A stretch of DNA of 64,000 nt from Myxococcota bacterium (GCA_022710975.1 JAKLGA010000011.1:14678-78677), one strand, 5' to 3'; counted from the first letter of the stretch, positions 29,165-38,549 are shown. Notes: generated by a model not told the origin, from the sequence alone. Made by a program: numbers and translations.

Positions 29165-30106
29165 TCACATGGCGCCGGTGAGCTTCGCCACCACGGCCTT
29201 CAGCGCCCTGGAGATCTCGTCCTCGCTGCAGCCGCTCTCGTGGGTGGCCCCGCTCTCGCTGGCCGCGGTCTTCAGGTCGTAGATCACCGAGGTCACCGAG
29301 CAGGTCGCGCCCAGCCGGATGACCTGCGTGGACAGGGTCTTCTCGGCCGCCAGCTCCTTGCCCAGCTCGATCTGGCAGGACTGGTCGTAGCACTCCTTGT
29401 ACGACTCGGTCCGCTGCAGGCCCAGCCGCTCCTTGAGCTGGGAGCGCGGGATCACCTGGAACTTCCCCGAGGCGGCCAGGGTGGACGCCAGGTAGTCGCT
29501 CAGCCGCTCCTGGACGTCCGTGGCCAGCTTGGCTCCGCGGTCCTCGATGGTGAAGACCGCGACGACGCGCTTCGGGCCGCCGGCCGGCGCCCGGGCCGCC
29601 TCGGCCAGGCGCTTCTGCTCGAGCTCGTCCGCGCTCAACTTCCTGACCAGCGGGCACTTCCAGGTCGGCGCGCCGAGCGGTTTCAGCACTCCGCCCTCCT
29701 CCTTGGCGAGCCAGTCGCCGGACTCGTAGGAGTAGTGCACGGCGGGCAGCGCCGGGTCCCTGGGGAACACGAAGTGCTCGGCGATCGAGGCCTTCACGTA
29801 CATGAAGAAGTGGTCGCCCTCGGCGTCCGCCCAGTGGTTCGAGAAGCGTACGCCATTGCCCGTGGCGTCGAGCCCGTACAGGCTGGGGGGCGTCGAGCCC
29901 AGGTCCAGGTAGATCTGGTCCCCATCCTTCACGGCCTTGGTGCCCGTGCCCTTCATGTTCTCGCAGGGCTGGCCGGTGTAGATCGCGGTGGCCTGCGCCG
30001 GCGCGCCGGTCTTGTGCACCTGGGCGCCCACGATGAACCAGTCCGCCCCGCAGCCCGTGGCTGCGATCGCCGCCAGAGCTGCCGTCGACACGAGGGCCCG
30101 AGTCAT
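29165..30106 (-). CDS. putative lipoprotein; N-terminal domain paralogous to the 30146..30619 product
   Basis: The lipobox is 'LAAIAATGC'. It shares the 'VGAQ.H.TGAPA...CE...YLDLG..PSLY.LDA.GNG.R..NHW.DAEGDHFF.YVK...PAV...YE...GGV.KP.G.P.WKCPL' pattern with its neighbour. Confidence 0.65.
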   Translation of the reverse strand: MTRALVSTAALAAIAATGCGADWFIVGAQVHKTGAPAQATAIYTGQPCENMKGTGTKAVKDGDQIYLDLGSTPPSLYGLDATGNGVRFSNHWADAEGDHFFMYVKASIAEHFVFPRDPALPAVHYSYESGDWLAKEEGGVLKPLGAPTWKCPLVRKLSADELEQKRLAEAARAPAGGPKRVVAVFTIEDRGAKLATDVQERLSDYLASTLAASGKFQVIPRSQLKERLGLQRTESYKECYDQSCQIELGKELAAEKTLSTQVIRLGATCSVTSVIYDLKTAASESGATHESGCSEDEISRALKAVVAKLTGAM

Positions 30107-30145
30107 GGGTGCTCCGTTCTCGATCCGCCTGCGGGGGCCGGAGGG

Positions 30146-30619
30146 CTACTTCTTGGCCAGCGGGCACTTCCAGGACGGGTTGCCGGTCGGCTTGATCACC
30201 CCGCCCTCGTCCACCGTGTTCCAGGCGCCGTTCGCCTCGTAGGCGAAGCGCACGGCCGGCTGGGCCGCGTCCTTGGGGATCACGTAGTGCCAGGCGCCCG
30301 CGGTCTTCACGTAGGTGAAGAAGTGGTCGCCCTCGGCGTCCACCCAGTGGTTGACGATGCGCGCGCCGTTCCCGGCCGCGTCGAGCTCGTACAGGCTGGG
30401 CTGCGCCCCGGCGAGATCGAGGTAGTACTGGATCCCGGCCGGCCCGGCCACCGGGGCCGCGCCCGTCAGGCTCTCGCAGGTCGCGATGGTGAAGATCGCG
30501 CCGGCGCCGGCGGGCGCGCCGGTGTCATGCATCTGGGCGCCTACCAGGAAGAAGCCCGCCGTGCAACCCGCGGCCGCGAGCGCCAGGAACATCGCCGTCA
30601 TCCCGAGAACACGAGTCAT
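30146..30619 (-). CDS. putative lipoprotein; paralog of the N-terminal domain of the 29165..30106 product
   Basis: The lipobox is 'LALAAAGC'. The conserved block is described under the neighbouring gene. Confidence 0.65.
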   Translation of the reverse strand: MTRVLGMTAMFLALAAAGCTAGFFLVGAQMHDTGAPAGAGAIFTIATCESLTGAAPVAGPAGIQYYLDLAGAQPSLYELDAAGNGARIVNHWVDAEGDHFFTYVKTAGAWHYVIPKDAAQPAVRFAYEANGAWNTVDEGGVIKPTGNPSWKCPLAKK

Positions 30620-30671
30620 GGTCGTTCTCCCCTCGTTGCTCCGCAGGCTCGATTGCCCCGGAGACGGATCG

Positions 30672-32510
30672 TCACTCGCCCAGGACGCCCCCCAGCATCT
30701 GCTGCAGCATCTGCAGCATGGCCGGGTCCAGGCCGTCCATCTGGAAGTTGTGGAAGCCCTGCATCTGCTTGGCCAGGTCCTGCATGACCGCGTCCATGCT
30801 GATCCCGCCGATGTCCTCGTCCCCGTGCGTCTCCTCGATCCAGCGCCGGTAGAGGGCCCGGGCCTGGTCGGGCTTGGCCGAGGCCTTGGCCAGCGCGGCC
30901 ACCAGATCCGCGGGCTCGGCCTGGCGGAAGGCGTGCGCGCGGGCGTAGGCCTTGAGGCCCTTCAGCAGCGCCTTGCCGCCCAGGGCGCCGCGGAAGGCGT
31001 GCAGGAAGAGCGCCCCCTTGCCGTACACCAGGGCCGCGTACTCCGCCGTCGAGCCGAAGGCCGAGGTGGGCCGATCGACCACGCCGTCCTGGCCGCCCAT
31101 CAGGGCCAGGAGCTGGAACGGCATGCGGAGCTGCATCTCGAGCTGCTCCGTGGCCGCCTGCTCGCCGTGGCGGTGCTCGTAGTAGAGCACGCCGCTGTAA
31201 TTCGCCAGGGCCTCGTCCAGGAACGGGTGGCGGTTGGAGTCCGAGCCCACCAGGGCGTGCCACCACTGGTGGGCCACCTCGTGGGCGATCACGAACTCGA
31301 CCATGCCCGTCTGCTGCATGAGCATGCCCATCAGGTCCATCGGCCCGCCGCCCGGGCCGGCCGAGGTGGTCAGCGACATGGCGATCGTCACCAGGCCCGG
31401 GTACTCCATGCCGCCGGCGCCGCCGATGAGCGGCGCGTCGGCCACGTCCAGCTCCGGCCAGGGGTAGGGCCCGAACATCTCCTCGAAGGCCTTGAGGCTG
31501 GCCACCGCGATCTGGAGGTTCTTGGCCGCGCCCTTGGCGGTCTCGGCCGTGTGGAAGTAGCGCACGCGGACGTCCCCGACCTCGGTCTCCTCCAGCTCGT
31601 AGCGGCTGGAGACCTGCAGGGCGAAGTTGCGCACCCCCGTGCCCAGCAGGTAGATCTCCTTGAGCCCCTCGGCCCCGGAGCCGAGCGGCTTCTCGCCCAC
31701 CTGCTGGCCCGAGGAGGCCACCAGCTGATCGCTGGGCAGGGTGACCTTGACCAGGTAGTTGGCCACCTCGAAGTGGGCCACGTCCCCGAGCCCGGCGGGC
31801 GCGGCGGTGTCCCAGGCCCCGTCGGTGCGGGCCGGGATGATGGGGTAGAAGAAGCCCAGGTTGAGCATGCCGGCGCCGCAGGCGTACACCCCGTAGCCGC
31901 CCTGCTGCTCCTTGCCGAACAGCTGCTGGGTCAGGTCGTCGGCCGCGGCCCCGCCCAGGGGCGTGTCTGCGCCCTCGGGCAGGCGCGGGATGCGGCTGGC
32001 GAAGGCCAGCCCGATCCGCACCCGCCCGCCCGGGGCGAGCGGCGCGTCCAGGCGCACCGCGAAGGTGGTCGGGTGGAGCTCCCGCGCCTCGGCCGGCCGG
32101 CCGTTCACCCGCACGTCCCGGAGCGTCAGGTTGGGGCCGTCCGCGCCCAGCAGGTGGGCCACGTTGGGGTAGGTGCGCAGCACCACGTCCTCGAGCGGCG
32201 CGCCGAAGGTGTTGGTGAAGTTGATCTCCAGCTGGCCGTCGAGCTGGCAGGACAGCGGCCTGAGCACGAGCTCCATCTGGTACAGCGGCAGCTCGCCCAG
32301 CGCCGCCCCGCCCAGGCGTGTCCTGGCGCCCGCCTGGAAGCCCTTGCGCAGCCCCCGCAGGAAGGGGGCCGGGTCGTACGGCTTGGGCGCCAGGACCTCG
32401 CCGAGCGGGGTCTGCCCGCCCGGGTCCGCCTGCGCGGGGGGTGCGCCCCGGGCCGGGCCCGCCAGGGCCGGGGCGACCAGCGCGAGCGCGAGCCAGCCGA
32501 GTCTGCTCAT
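30672..32510 (-). CDS. secreted M1-family (gluzincin, aminopeptidase N-like) zinc metallopeptidase
   Basis: A signal peptide is present. The zinc motif is 'VIAHEVAHQWWHALVG' (HExxH plus a downstream E). The ATG overlaps the upstream stop (ATGA). Confidence 0.8.
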   Translation of the reverse strand: MSRLGWLALALVAPALAGPARGAPPAQADPGGQTPLGEVLAPKPYDPAPFLRGLRKGFQAGARTRLGGAALGELPLYQMELVLRPLSCQLDGQLEINFTNTFGAPLEDVVLRTYPNVAHLLGADGPNLTLRDVRVNGRPAEARELHPTTFAVRLDAPLAPGGRVRIGLAFASRIPRLPEGADTPLGGAAADDLTQQLFGKEQQGGYGVYACGAGMLNLGFFYPIIPARTDGAWDTAAPAGLGDVAHFEVANYLVKVTLPSDQLVASSGQQVGEKPLGSGAEGLKEIYLLGTGVRNFALQVSSRYELEETEVGDVRVRYFHTAETAKGAAKNLQIAVASLKAFEEMFGPYPWPELDVADAPLIGGAGGMEYPGLVTIAMSLTTSAGPGGGPMDLMGMLMQQTGMVEFVIAHEVAHQWWHALVGSDSNRHPFLDEALANYSGVLYYEHRHGEQAATEQLEMQLRMPFQLLALMGGQDGVVDRPTSAFGSTAEYAALVYGKGALFLHAFRGALGGKALLKGLKAYARAHAFRQAEPADLVAALAKASAKPDQARALYRRWIEETHGDEDIGGISMDAVMQDLAKQMQGFHNFQMDGLDPAMLQMLQQMLGGVLGE

Positions 32511-33613
32511 GGCGACGTCCCTCCTCGATCGCCCGGGATTCTATCACGCCAGGCCGGGGCGAGCCGCGGGAGCAGCGCGCGCTCCGCCAGCGCCCGGGTC
32601 AGGCGCTCGGCCCCGCGCAGGTTCAGGTGGCTCTGGTCCAGGAACTCGTCCGGGCCGAGCGCGAGCCCGAGCTCGTCGAGCCGCACGAAGGGCAGCCCGG
32701 CCCGGGCGGCCTCCTCCCCGACCACGCGCAGGAAGGTCTCGCGGGTGCCGGCGGGCTTGAAGCGCCACAGCACGTCCGCGAGCGGCAGCTCGACCAGCAC
32801 GAGCTCCACGCCCGCCGCGCGGCAGCGGGCCAGCACGCGGGCGAGCGCCTCGCGCTTGGCCTGGCTGAACGGGTAGCGCCCGTCCTGGAGGAGCTGGGAC
32901 ACGTACCAGCGCACGCGCGCCTCGCTGACCTCGCGCCCGAGCATGGCGAGGGTCGGGCCGCGCTGGTGCCACTCGCTGGGGCCGCCCAGGACCGGGTTCC
33001 GCAGGCGCGGCGCGCCGAAGAGCTCGCGCACGGCCTCGGCCGCCCGCTCGCGGCACAGGAACAGGCGCGAGACCGCGCGCAGCCCGCCGCGGACCAGCTC
33101 GGGCAGGCGGCCGAGCGCGGCCGGGCCGTGCGCTTGCCAGTCCGCGCGCCAGTCGTCCAGATCCCAGAAGCGCGCGGCCTGGGCGTAGGTCGGCTCGCCC
33201 CACAGCTGGCGCGGGCTCAGCCCGTAGACGATGAGCCGCGGCCGGCCCCGGCGCAGCAGCATGCCCAGGATGGCCTCCACCTCCACGGCCGTGGCCCCGC
33301 CCACGGCGTAGCTCTCCACCCGCGGCGCGCGCCCCAGCGCCTCCCCCAGCAGCTCGCCGAGCAGCGGCACGCTGAGCGCCTCGCGGGCCCGGCTCGAGCC
33401 CAGCACCACCACCTCGGCGGGGCCGGCCAGGCGCAGGTGGGCCTCGACCGCGGCGTACTCCACCTCGCCCGGCTCGTAGGGCAGCACCGCCTGCTCGGGC
33501 AGCAGCCGCACGCCGAGCTCGAGCAGCAGCAGCGCGAGCGCCGCGGCGCCGAGCGCCCAGGGCCAGCGCCGGCGCGGGCGCGGCTCAGAACTGGAAGTAG
33601 ATGAAGGGCGCAC
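32507..33613 (-). CDS. membrane-anchored partner protein of the MBOAT (DltD/AlgJ-like, putative SGNH-type acyl-transfer module)
   Basis: A GTG at 33613 follows GGGGAG at 7 nt; TTG at 33619 is the alternative. The N-terminal anchor is 'WPWALGAAALALLLLELGV'. A 'VVVLGSSRAREAL' block is GSSE/GDS-like. The gene overlaps the MBOAT 3' end, which is the usual AlgI-AlgJ / DltB-DltD arrangement. Confidence 0.5.
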   Translation of the reverse strand: MRPSSTSSSEPRPRRRWPWALGAAALALLLLELGVRLLPEQAVLPYEPGEVEYAAVEAHLRLAGPAEVVVLGSSRAREALSVPLLGELLGEALGRAPRVESYAVGGATAVEVEAILGMLLRRGRPRLIVYGLSPRQLWGEPTYAQAARFWDLDDWRADWQAHGPAALGRLPELVRGGLRAVSRLFLCRERAAEAVRELFGAPRLRNPVLGGPSEWHQRGPTLAMLGREVSEARVRWYVSQLLQDGRYPFSQAKREALARVLARCRAAGVELVLVELPLADVLWRFKPAGTRETFLRVVGEEAARAGLPFVRLDELGLALGPDEFLDQSHLNLRGAERLTRALAERALLPRLAPAWRDRIPGDRGGTSP

Positions 33614-35042
33614 CGGCAAACTCCCCGAACAGGGCGAAGACCAGGGTCCCGCCCGTGTAGGCCGCGGCGCGGGCCCAGCCGGGCCAGCGCCAGAACCAGC
33701 CCGGCGCGCGCGCGGCCGAGGCCAGGGCCTCGAGGCCGAGCGCGGCCAGGCTGCAGGCGATGAAGATCGACAGCCCGTGGGCGCCCAGCTCCTCCGTCCG
33801 CATGGGCGGCCCGTCCAGCAGCCCGAGCAGCAGGCCGCCGAAGGCGCCGGGCGACTGGGCGCGGAACATCAGCCAGCCGAGGCAGATCAGGTGGAAGGTG
33901 GTGAGCACCCGCACGCCCCGCCACAGCCCCCGGGCCCAGGCGGCCCGGAGCTCGCGCAGCGGGGCCAGCGCCGGGGCGGCGGCCCGCTCGAACCACAGCA
34001 GCAGCCCGTGCCAGGCCCCCCAGACCAGGAACATCAGGCCCGCCCCGTGCCACAGGCCGCCCAGCAGCATGGTCAGCATGAGGTTCACCCGGGTGCGCAG
34101 CTCGCCCCGGCGGCTGCCGCCGAGCGGGATGTACAGGTAGTCGCGCAGCCAGGAGCTCAGGCTGATGTGCCAGCGGCGCCAGAACTCGCGCGGGCTCGTG
34201 GCCAGGTAGGGGCGGTCGAAGTTCTGCATCAGCTCGAAGCCCATGGCGCGCGCCGCGCCGCGGGCGATGTCGCTGTAGGCCGAGAAGTCCAGGTAGATCT
34301 GCAGCGCGAAGGCGTAGGCCCCCAGCAGCACCGCCAGGCCGGAGGGCTCGGCCGCGGAGAACACGGCCTCCACGGGGCGGGCCAGGTTGTCGGCCAGGAC
34401 CACCTTCTTCAGCAGCCCCAGGCCGATGAGCCCGAGCCCGCCCTGGAGCCGCTCGAGGTCCATGGGCCGCGGGCTGGCGATCTGCGGCAGCAGGTTCGTG
34501 GCGCGCTCGATCGGCCCGGCCACGAGCTGGGGGAAGAAGGCGACGTACAGCGCGAAGCGCAGCGGGTCGCGCTCGGCCGGCAGGCGCCGGCGGTACACGT
34601 CCAGGGTGTAGGCCATCGACTGGAAGGTGTAGAAGCTGATGCCCACCGGCAGGACGATGCCCAGCTCGGGCGCGCTGGCCTGCAGGCCGAGCGAGGAGAG
34701 CAGCGCCGCGGCCCCGGCGGCGAAGAAGTCGAAGTACTTGAAGAAGCCGAGCACGCCCAGGTTGGCAGCCAGGCTGGCGGTCAGCACCAGCCTGCGCCGC
34801 GCCCCGAGCCGCGCCACCCAGGCCGGCGCCCGCGGGCCCGGATCGAGCAGCAGCCCCACGCCCCAGTCCAGGGCGGTGGTGAACAGGATGAGCCCCAGGA
34901 AGCGCCAGTCCCAGCAGCCGTAGAAGTAGTAGGAGGCGATCAGCAAAAAGGCGTTGCGCGCGCCCACCCGCCTGCGCAGCAGCCACACCACCAGCAGGGC
35001 CAGGGGGAAGAACAGGCCGAAGTGCAGGGAGTCGAAGCGCAT
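33585..35042 (-). CDS. MBOAT-family membrane-bound O-acyltransferase (AlgI/DltB/PatA-like)
   Basis: The protein is 485 aa and polytopic. It carries the family His motif 'WRRWHISLSSWLRDYLYIPLGG'. Confidence 0.85.
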   Translation of the reverse strand: MRFDSLHFGLFFPLALLVVWLLRRRVGARNAFLLIASYYFYGCWDWRFLGLILFTTALDWGVGLLLDPGPRAPAWVARLGARRRLVLTASLAANLGVLGFFKYFDFFAAGAAALLSSLGLQASAPELGIVLPVGISFYTFQSMAYTLDVYRRRLPAERDPLRFALYVAFFPQLVAGPIERATNLLPQIASPRPMDLERLQGGLGLIGLGLLKKVVLADNLARPVEAVFSAAEPSGLAVLLGAYAFALQIYLDFSAYSDIARGAARAMGFELMQNFDRPYLATSPREFWRRWHISLSSWLRDYLYIPLGGSRRGELRTRVNLMLTMLLGGLWHGAGLMFLVWGAWHGLLLWFERAAAPALAPLRELRAAWARGLWRGVRVLTTFHLICLGWLMFRAQSPGAFGGLLLGLLDGPPMRTEELGAHGLSIFIACSLAALGLEALASAARAPGWFWRWPGWARAAAYTGGTLVFALFGEFAGAPFIYFQF

Positions 35043-35048
35043 CGGCCG

Positions 35049-35816
35049 TCAGGGCTCGAGCGCGCTCAGGGCGGCGCCGTAGGCGCCCATGAGCTGCGGC
35101 TCCTCGGCCCGCTCCACCGGCGCGCCCAGGGCCTCGCCCAGGAAGGCGGCCACGGCCGCGTTGTGCGCCACGCCCCCCGACAGGAAGTAGGGCGGCCGGG
35201 GGCCCAGGCTGCGCACCAGGCTCGTCACCCGGTGCACCAGCGCCCGGTGCAGCCCGCGCACCACGTGCTCCACCGGGGTGCCGCGGGCGAGCAGGGAGAC
35301 GATCTCGCTCTCGGCGAACACCGTGCAGGTGGACGAGATGGGCACCTCGGCGGTCGCGGCCCGCGCCATGTCGCCCATCTCCGCCACCGGCAGCTGCAGG
35401 CGCCCGGCGGTCACCTCCAGGAAGCGGCCCGTGCCCGCGGCGCACTTGTCGTTCATCACGAAGTGCAGCACCTGGCCCTGGGCGCCGATCAGGATCACCT
35501 TGCTGTCCTGGCCGCCGATGTCCACCAGGGTGCCGGCCCGGCCGGTGCGGCGGTACACCCCGCGCGCGTGGCAGGTGATCTCGGTCAGCGCGCGCGTGGC
35601 CGAGGCGACCAGCTTCCGGCCGTAGCCGGTGGCCACCGTGGGCGCGCGCTCGCCGCCCGGCTGCGCGCGGGCCTCGGCCAGCAGCGCCTCGGCCTGGGCC
35701 TCGATGCGCGGCGCGGTCGGCGCGAGCCGGCGCCAGGCGATGTCCCCCGCGGCCGTCACCCCCACCAGCTTGGTGGCGGTCGAGCCCACGTCGATGCCGA
35801 GCGCCGCCAGCGTCAT
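35049..35816 (-). CDS. BadF/BadG/BcrA/BcrD-type ATPase (CoA-substrate-specific enzyme activase, HgdC/HadI-like)
   Basis: The ATG at 35816 follows GGAGG and overlaps the upstream stop (ATGA). The ASKHA ATP motif is 'LGIDVGSTATK'. The [4Fe-4S]-bridging 'MNDKCAAGTGRFLE' is present. Confidence 0.85.
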   Translation of the reverse strand: MTLAALGIDVGSTATKLVGVTAAGDIAWRRLAPTAPRIEAQAEALLAEARAQPGGERAPTVATGYGRKLVASATRALTEITCHARGVYRRTGRAGTLVDIGGQDSKVILIGAQGQVLHFVMNDKCAAGTGRFLEVTAGRLQLPVAEMGDMARAATAEVPISSTCTVFAESEIVSLLARGTPVEHVVRGLHRALVHRVTSLVRSLGPRPPYFLSGGVAHNAAVAAFLGEALGAPVERAEEPQLMGAYGAALSALEP

Positions 35817-37135
35817 GCGCCCAGGACCTCCAGGAAGGCCTGCAGGCGGTTCTCGGCCTGCTCCTCGCTGTAGGCGCGCGGGTCGTTGTGGTCCGCGTCC
35901 AGCAGCAGCGCCGGCGCGCCCAGCTCTCCGGCCAGCCGCCGCTGCTGGTCCATCTGGCCCACCGAGTAGGGCTTGCACGAGCGGTCCGAGTGCAGCAGGA
36001 CGCCGTCGGCCTGGTACTCCTTGAGCATGCGCGCCATGGTGGCGAGCTTGTGGCCGGTGCCGCGGTTGAGGATGGGGTGCAGGTACACCTCCGCCATGGA
36101 GTCCAGCGGCCGGGTGGGATCGATGCGCTCGACCAGCTCGCCCCAGGCGTTGGTGTAGGTGGAGGCCACCAGCGCCACCCCGCGCGCGGCCAGGCTCTCG
36201 GACAGCGGCCGCAGCCGGTACCAGATGGGCAGGTTGTCCCACAGCAGCCGCTTGCGCTCGGCCTGGAGCGCGCCCACCCCGCGGCGCGTGCGCTCCTCAA
36301 GCTCGGCGAGCAGCGCGCGGTAGTAGGCCACCGTGCTCTCCTCGCCGCGCATCTCCACGATGGGCGCCATGTGGATGAACTCGTCGAAGGCGGTGATGGG
36401 CGCCGGGCGGTTCCGGCCGGTCTGCATGATCTTGAGCCACAGGCCGATGGCCTCATGGCTCAGGCGCATGACCTCCTCCAGCCGGGCCGGCGCCAGGCTC
36501 CGGCCCGCCGTGCGCTCGGCCACCTCGACCGCCGCGTCGATCTGCTTGCGCACGAAGGCCAGCATGTGCGGCCTGGCCTCGGTGTACAGGAAGGGCGTGT
36601 CGATGAGCACCAGCGGCACCTGGAAGTGGTGCGCCAGCACCTGGTACCAGTACAGCACGGTCTGGCAGATGTTGTTGCAGCACACCAGCAGATCGGGCGG
36701 GGGCAGCCGGCCCACCGGGGTCTGGCCCGAGAGCACGGTGCCGAAGTCGGTGCGCGCGTAGGAGCACAGGTCGCGCGAGTAGCCCGCGTCCTCGGCCGCC
36801 AGGCACTGGCGCTCGCCCCAGCGCCGGATGCCGCACACCGCCCCGTGGTTCTCCGGGTACATCAGGTAGTAGCCCAGCGCCTTGAGGTGCTCGACCGGCG
36901 CGCCCGAGGTGACCCAGGCCACCTTGCGCACGCCCCGGACGTAGCGCCCGGTCAGGTAGTGGCGCGAGATGAGCTCCTTCAACCAGCCCGAGGTCATGAG
37001 CGGCGGGCCCAGGTGGGGGCCGGCGCTCTTCATCCGGGCCAGCTTGTGCTCCGTGCGCAGGCGGTCCAGGCGCAGGGCCGCCCGGCCCAGCAGGCTCACG
37101 GACGCGTGGAAGCGCAGCGCGCCCAGGCTGCTCAT
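35813..37135 (-). CDS. 2-hydroxyacyl-CoA dehydratase / benzoyl-CoA reductase family subunit (HgdB/HadC-like)
   Basis: The ATG at 37135 overlaps the upstream stop (ATGA). The family signatures 'YPENHGAVCG' and C-terminal 'HSDRSCKPYS' are present. Confidence 0.8.
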   Translation of the reverse strand: MSSLGALRFHASVSLLGRAALRLDRLRTEHKLARMKSAGPHLGPPLMTSGWLKELISRHYLTGRYVRGVRKVAWVTSGAPVEHLKALGYYLMYPENHGAVCGIRRWGERQCLAAEDAGYSRDLCSYARTDFGTVLSGQTPVGRLPPPDLLVCCNNICQTVLYWYQVLAHHFQVPLVLIDTPFLYTEARPHMLAFVRKQIDAAVEVAERTAGRSLAPARLEEVMRLSHEAIGLWLKIMQTGRNRPAPITAFDEFIHMAPIVEMRGEESTVAYYRALLAELEERTRRGVGALQAERKRLLWDNLPIWYRLRPLSESLAARGVALVASTYTNAWGELVERIDPTRPLDSMAEVYLHPILNRGTGHKLATMARMLKEYQADGVLLHSDRSCKPYSVGQMDQQRRLAGELGAPALLLDADHNDPRAYSEEQAENRLQAFLEVLGA

Positions 37136-38223
37136 CGCAGGGTCTCCACGAAGGCCTCGAGGCGCGTGACCAGCGGGGCCGGGAGCGCCTCCGCCAGGTC
37201 GACCTCGAGGGACAGGGCCCGCACGCCGTCCTGGGCCAGCCCCTCCCGGAGCTGGGGCAGGTAGTAGAGCTCGGGCTCGCAGAACTTGAGGGTCAGGAAG
37301 ACCACCCCGCGCGCGCCGGCCGCGCGGGCGAGCTGCCGGAGGTGCTGGAGGCGGGCCTCCACCGAGGCCCCGCGGGTCGAGTCCGGCGGTCCGGACAGCA
37401 TGCCCTCGCTCATGCGGGCGAAGGGCTCCGGGCCCTGGGTGGGCCGGTAGCGGCGCCGGCCGGAGCAGGCCAGGTCGTCCCCGGTCACCGTGGCCCCGGC
37501 CGCCTCGAGGACCGAGAGCAGCGCCATGGGCTCGGGCACGAGCCCGGACACCACCAGCGGGGTGCGGGCCGGCCGGGCGCTGGCCGCCGGGGCCGCCAGG
37601 GCCCGACCCGCGAGCGCCGCGAAGTCCTCGGCCGGCAGGTACTCGCGGGAGCGCACCAGGCGGTAGAAGGCCTCCTCGCCGAGCCCCACGCGGGCGCGCC
37701 CCTCGAGCAGCTCGCCCAGCGCCTGGTCCGCGCGCTCCTCGCGCTCCACGGCCGCGAGCAGCGCGGCCTCGTCCGGGCGGGTGCCCAGGGCGGCGGCCAG
37801 CCGGGCGTCGAGCTCCCGCAGCTCGTCGGCCAGGAAGGCGCGGTCCAGGGCCCGATCGCCGCGCGGCAGGTAGCAGGTCAGCACCGGCGGCGCGGGCTTC
37901 ACGAAGTCGAGCAGCACGCTCCCCAGCCCCTGCAGGGAGTCGCAGCCGTGCGGCACGAGCACCACCCGGGCCTGGTCCAGGCCGCCCTCCAGCAGGAAGC
38001 TCAGCCCGGCCCGCACCAGGGAGCAGGTGTAGGGCTGCAGGTGCGCGTCCCCGCGGGAGCTGGAGCGCCCGGGCGGTCCCCACACCTCCACCGGCAGCAG
38101 GCCGTGGGCCCGCAGCAACGCCCGGGGCGGGTGGTAGGGGAAGACGGCGGCCAGCCCGCCTCCGGACTGGACCTGGGCGCGGATCGCCTCGCGGCGCGAG
38201 GGAACGTGGATCTCGTTCGGCAT
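37132..38223 (-). CDS. 2-hydroxyacyl-CoA dehydratase family subunit (second component, HgdA/HadB-like)
   Basis: The ATG at 38223 has a weak ribosome-binding site; a TTGACT-N16-TAGGCT promoter-like pair ends 6 nt before it. The family pattern includes 'FPYHPPRALLRAHGLLPVEVWG', 'VPHGCDS' and 'LKFCEPE'. Confidence 0.75.
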   Translation of the reverse strand: MPNEIHVPSRREAIRAQVQSGGGLAAVFPYHPPRALLRAHGLLPVEVWGPPGRSSSRGDAHLQPYTCSLVRAGLSFLLEGGLDQARVVLVPHGCDSLQGLGSVLLDFVKPAPPVLTCYLPRGDRALDRAFLADELRELDARLAAALGTRPDEAALLAAVEREERADQALGELLEGRARVGLGEEAFYRLVRSREYLPAEDFAALAGRALAAPAASARPARTPLVVSGLVPEPMALLSVLEAAGATVTGDDLACSGRRRYRPTQGPEPFARMSEGMLSGPPDSTRGASVEARLQHLRQLARAAGARGVVFLTLKFCEPELYYLPQLREGLAQDGVRALSLEVDLAEALPAPLVTRLEAFVETLR

Positions 38224-38476
38224 GCAGGTAGCCTATTGGAAGATGGGGCGAAGTCAAGCGAGCTCCAGGTGTCAAGCTGGCATGACGATCGGAGCGAAAA
38301 GCTGGAAATCATTGCAACCGTACGAAATGCATGGAGAAAGAAATCTTTCCCCGGGGGAGGTGTCAGGCTGGCTTGACAGTCGCCAGGTGCCAGCCACCTG
38401 CGGCGGTCCGGCGAGAGTCCGGATTGCGCTTGTCCGGCAAGGGGTTGGGGCCAGAGGGCGGATCGAGGGCCGGGGC

Positions 38477-38492
38477 TGGCACGGGCGTTGCT
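38477..38492 (+). promoter_or_regulatory. sigma-54 (RpoN) promoter: TGGCACG-N4-TTGCT
   Basis: 'gggcTGGCACGggcgTTGCTcctg' matches the -24/-12 consensus (GG-N10-GC) exactly. It lies about 58 nt upstream of the 38550 start codon. Confidence 0.6.
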
Positions 38493-38549
38493 CCTGTCAC
38501 GGCTGCCGGATGAAATGTCGAACGCTGGATCTACCCAAGGAGGGAGACG

